Below, in pieces: positions 63,690 through 64,000 of a DNA stretch of 64,000 nt. The notes under the pieces were generated by a model. That model was not told the DNA's origin. It worked only from the letters and a program-made list of their open reading frames with translations, and searched no databases. Both the position numbers and the translations under genes were made by a program. Source of the DNA: Octopus vulgaris. Lineage: Eukaryota. Where the stretch lies: NCBI GenBank assembly GCA_951406725.2, contig OX597818.1, positions 47,616,001-47,680,000 of the forward strand. Direction: 5' to 3'. Every line of letters begins with the position of its first letter. Positions within the stretch are counted from its first letter, which is position 1.

Positions 63690-64000
63690 AAAATCAAACC
63701 AAATCAAAATAGATGAACATCAATGGAATTTGTATCTTTGTGGTACCAGTGCCGGTGGCACATAAGAAAACCATCTGAACGTGGCCGTAGCCAGTACCGC
63801 ATCGACTGGCCTCCGTGCTGTGGGCACGTAACAAACACCATCCGATCGTGGCCGTTTGCCAGCCTCGTCTGGCACCTGTGTCGGTGGCACATAAAAAACA
63901 CCATCCGAGCGTGGCCGTTCGCCAGCCTCGTCTGGCACCTGTGTCGGTGGCACATAAAATCACCCACTACACTCTCGGAGTGGTTGGCATTAGGAAGGGC
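63690..64000 (+). mobile_element. RTE-type LINE 3' end (runs off the window)
   Basis: Tandem ggtggcacataaaa repeats, then ggagtggttggcattaggaagggc. Confidence 0.75.

Overview
Eukaryotic, AT-rich, microsatellite-laden DNA, most likely from an octopus (inferred from the SINE/RTE families and the gene content). 1-13554 (+) holds the last five coding exons of an ADAR1-type RNA-editing enzyme. They splice in frame through GT-AG introns into a deaminase C-terminus (GALFSPR...RTKVEGGEGTIP...MSCSDK...AVCCR...NHP...WVSKPIEEEMFA*). About 20 kb that is nearly free of SINE/LINE copies follows and ends in AATAAA plus a U-rich tract near 34.2 kb, which suggests a very long ADAR1 3'UTR. About 34.4-53.5 kb is repeat-dense intergenic DNA. 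It contains SINEs, RTE 3' ends, a near-intact 5'-truncated EN/RT LINE, mariner remnants, and a cluster of fold-back elements set in (TA)n. Several of these fold-backs carry minimal hammerhead-ribozyme motifs typical of Penelope-like elements, including a G3-C8 core variant. From 58.6 kb (+) come the first two coding exons of a BTB/POZ-domain gene. Most ORFs in the supplied track are microsatellite or repeat artefacts. All calls were made by eye, repeat boundaries are approximate, and no database search was run.
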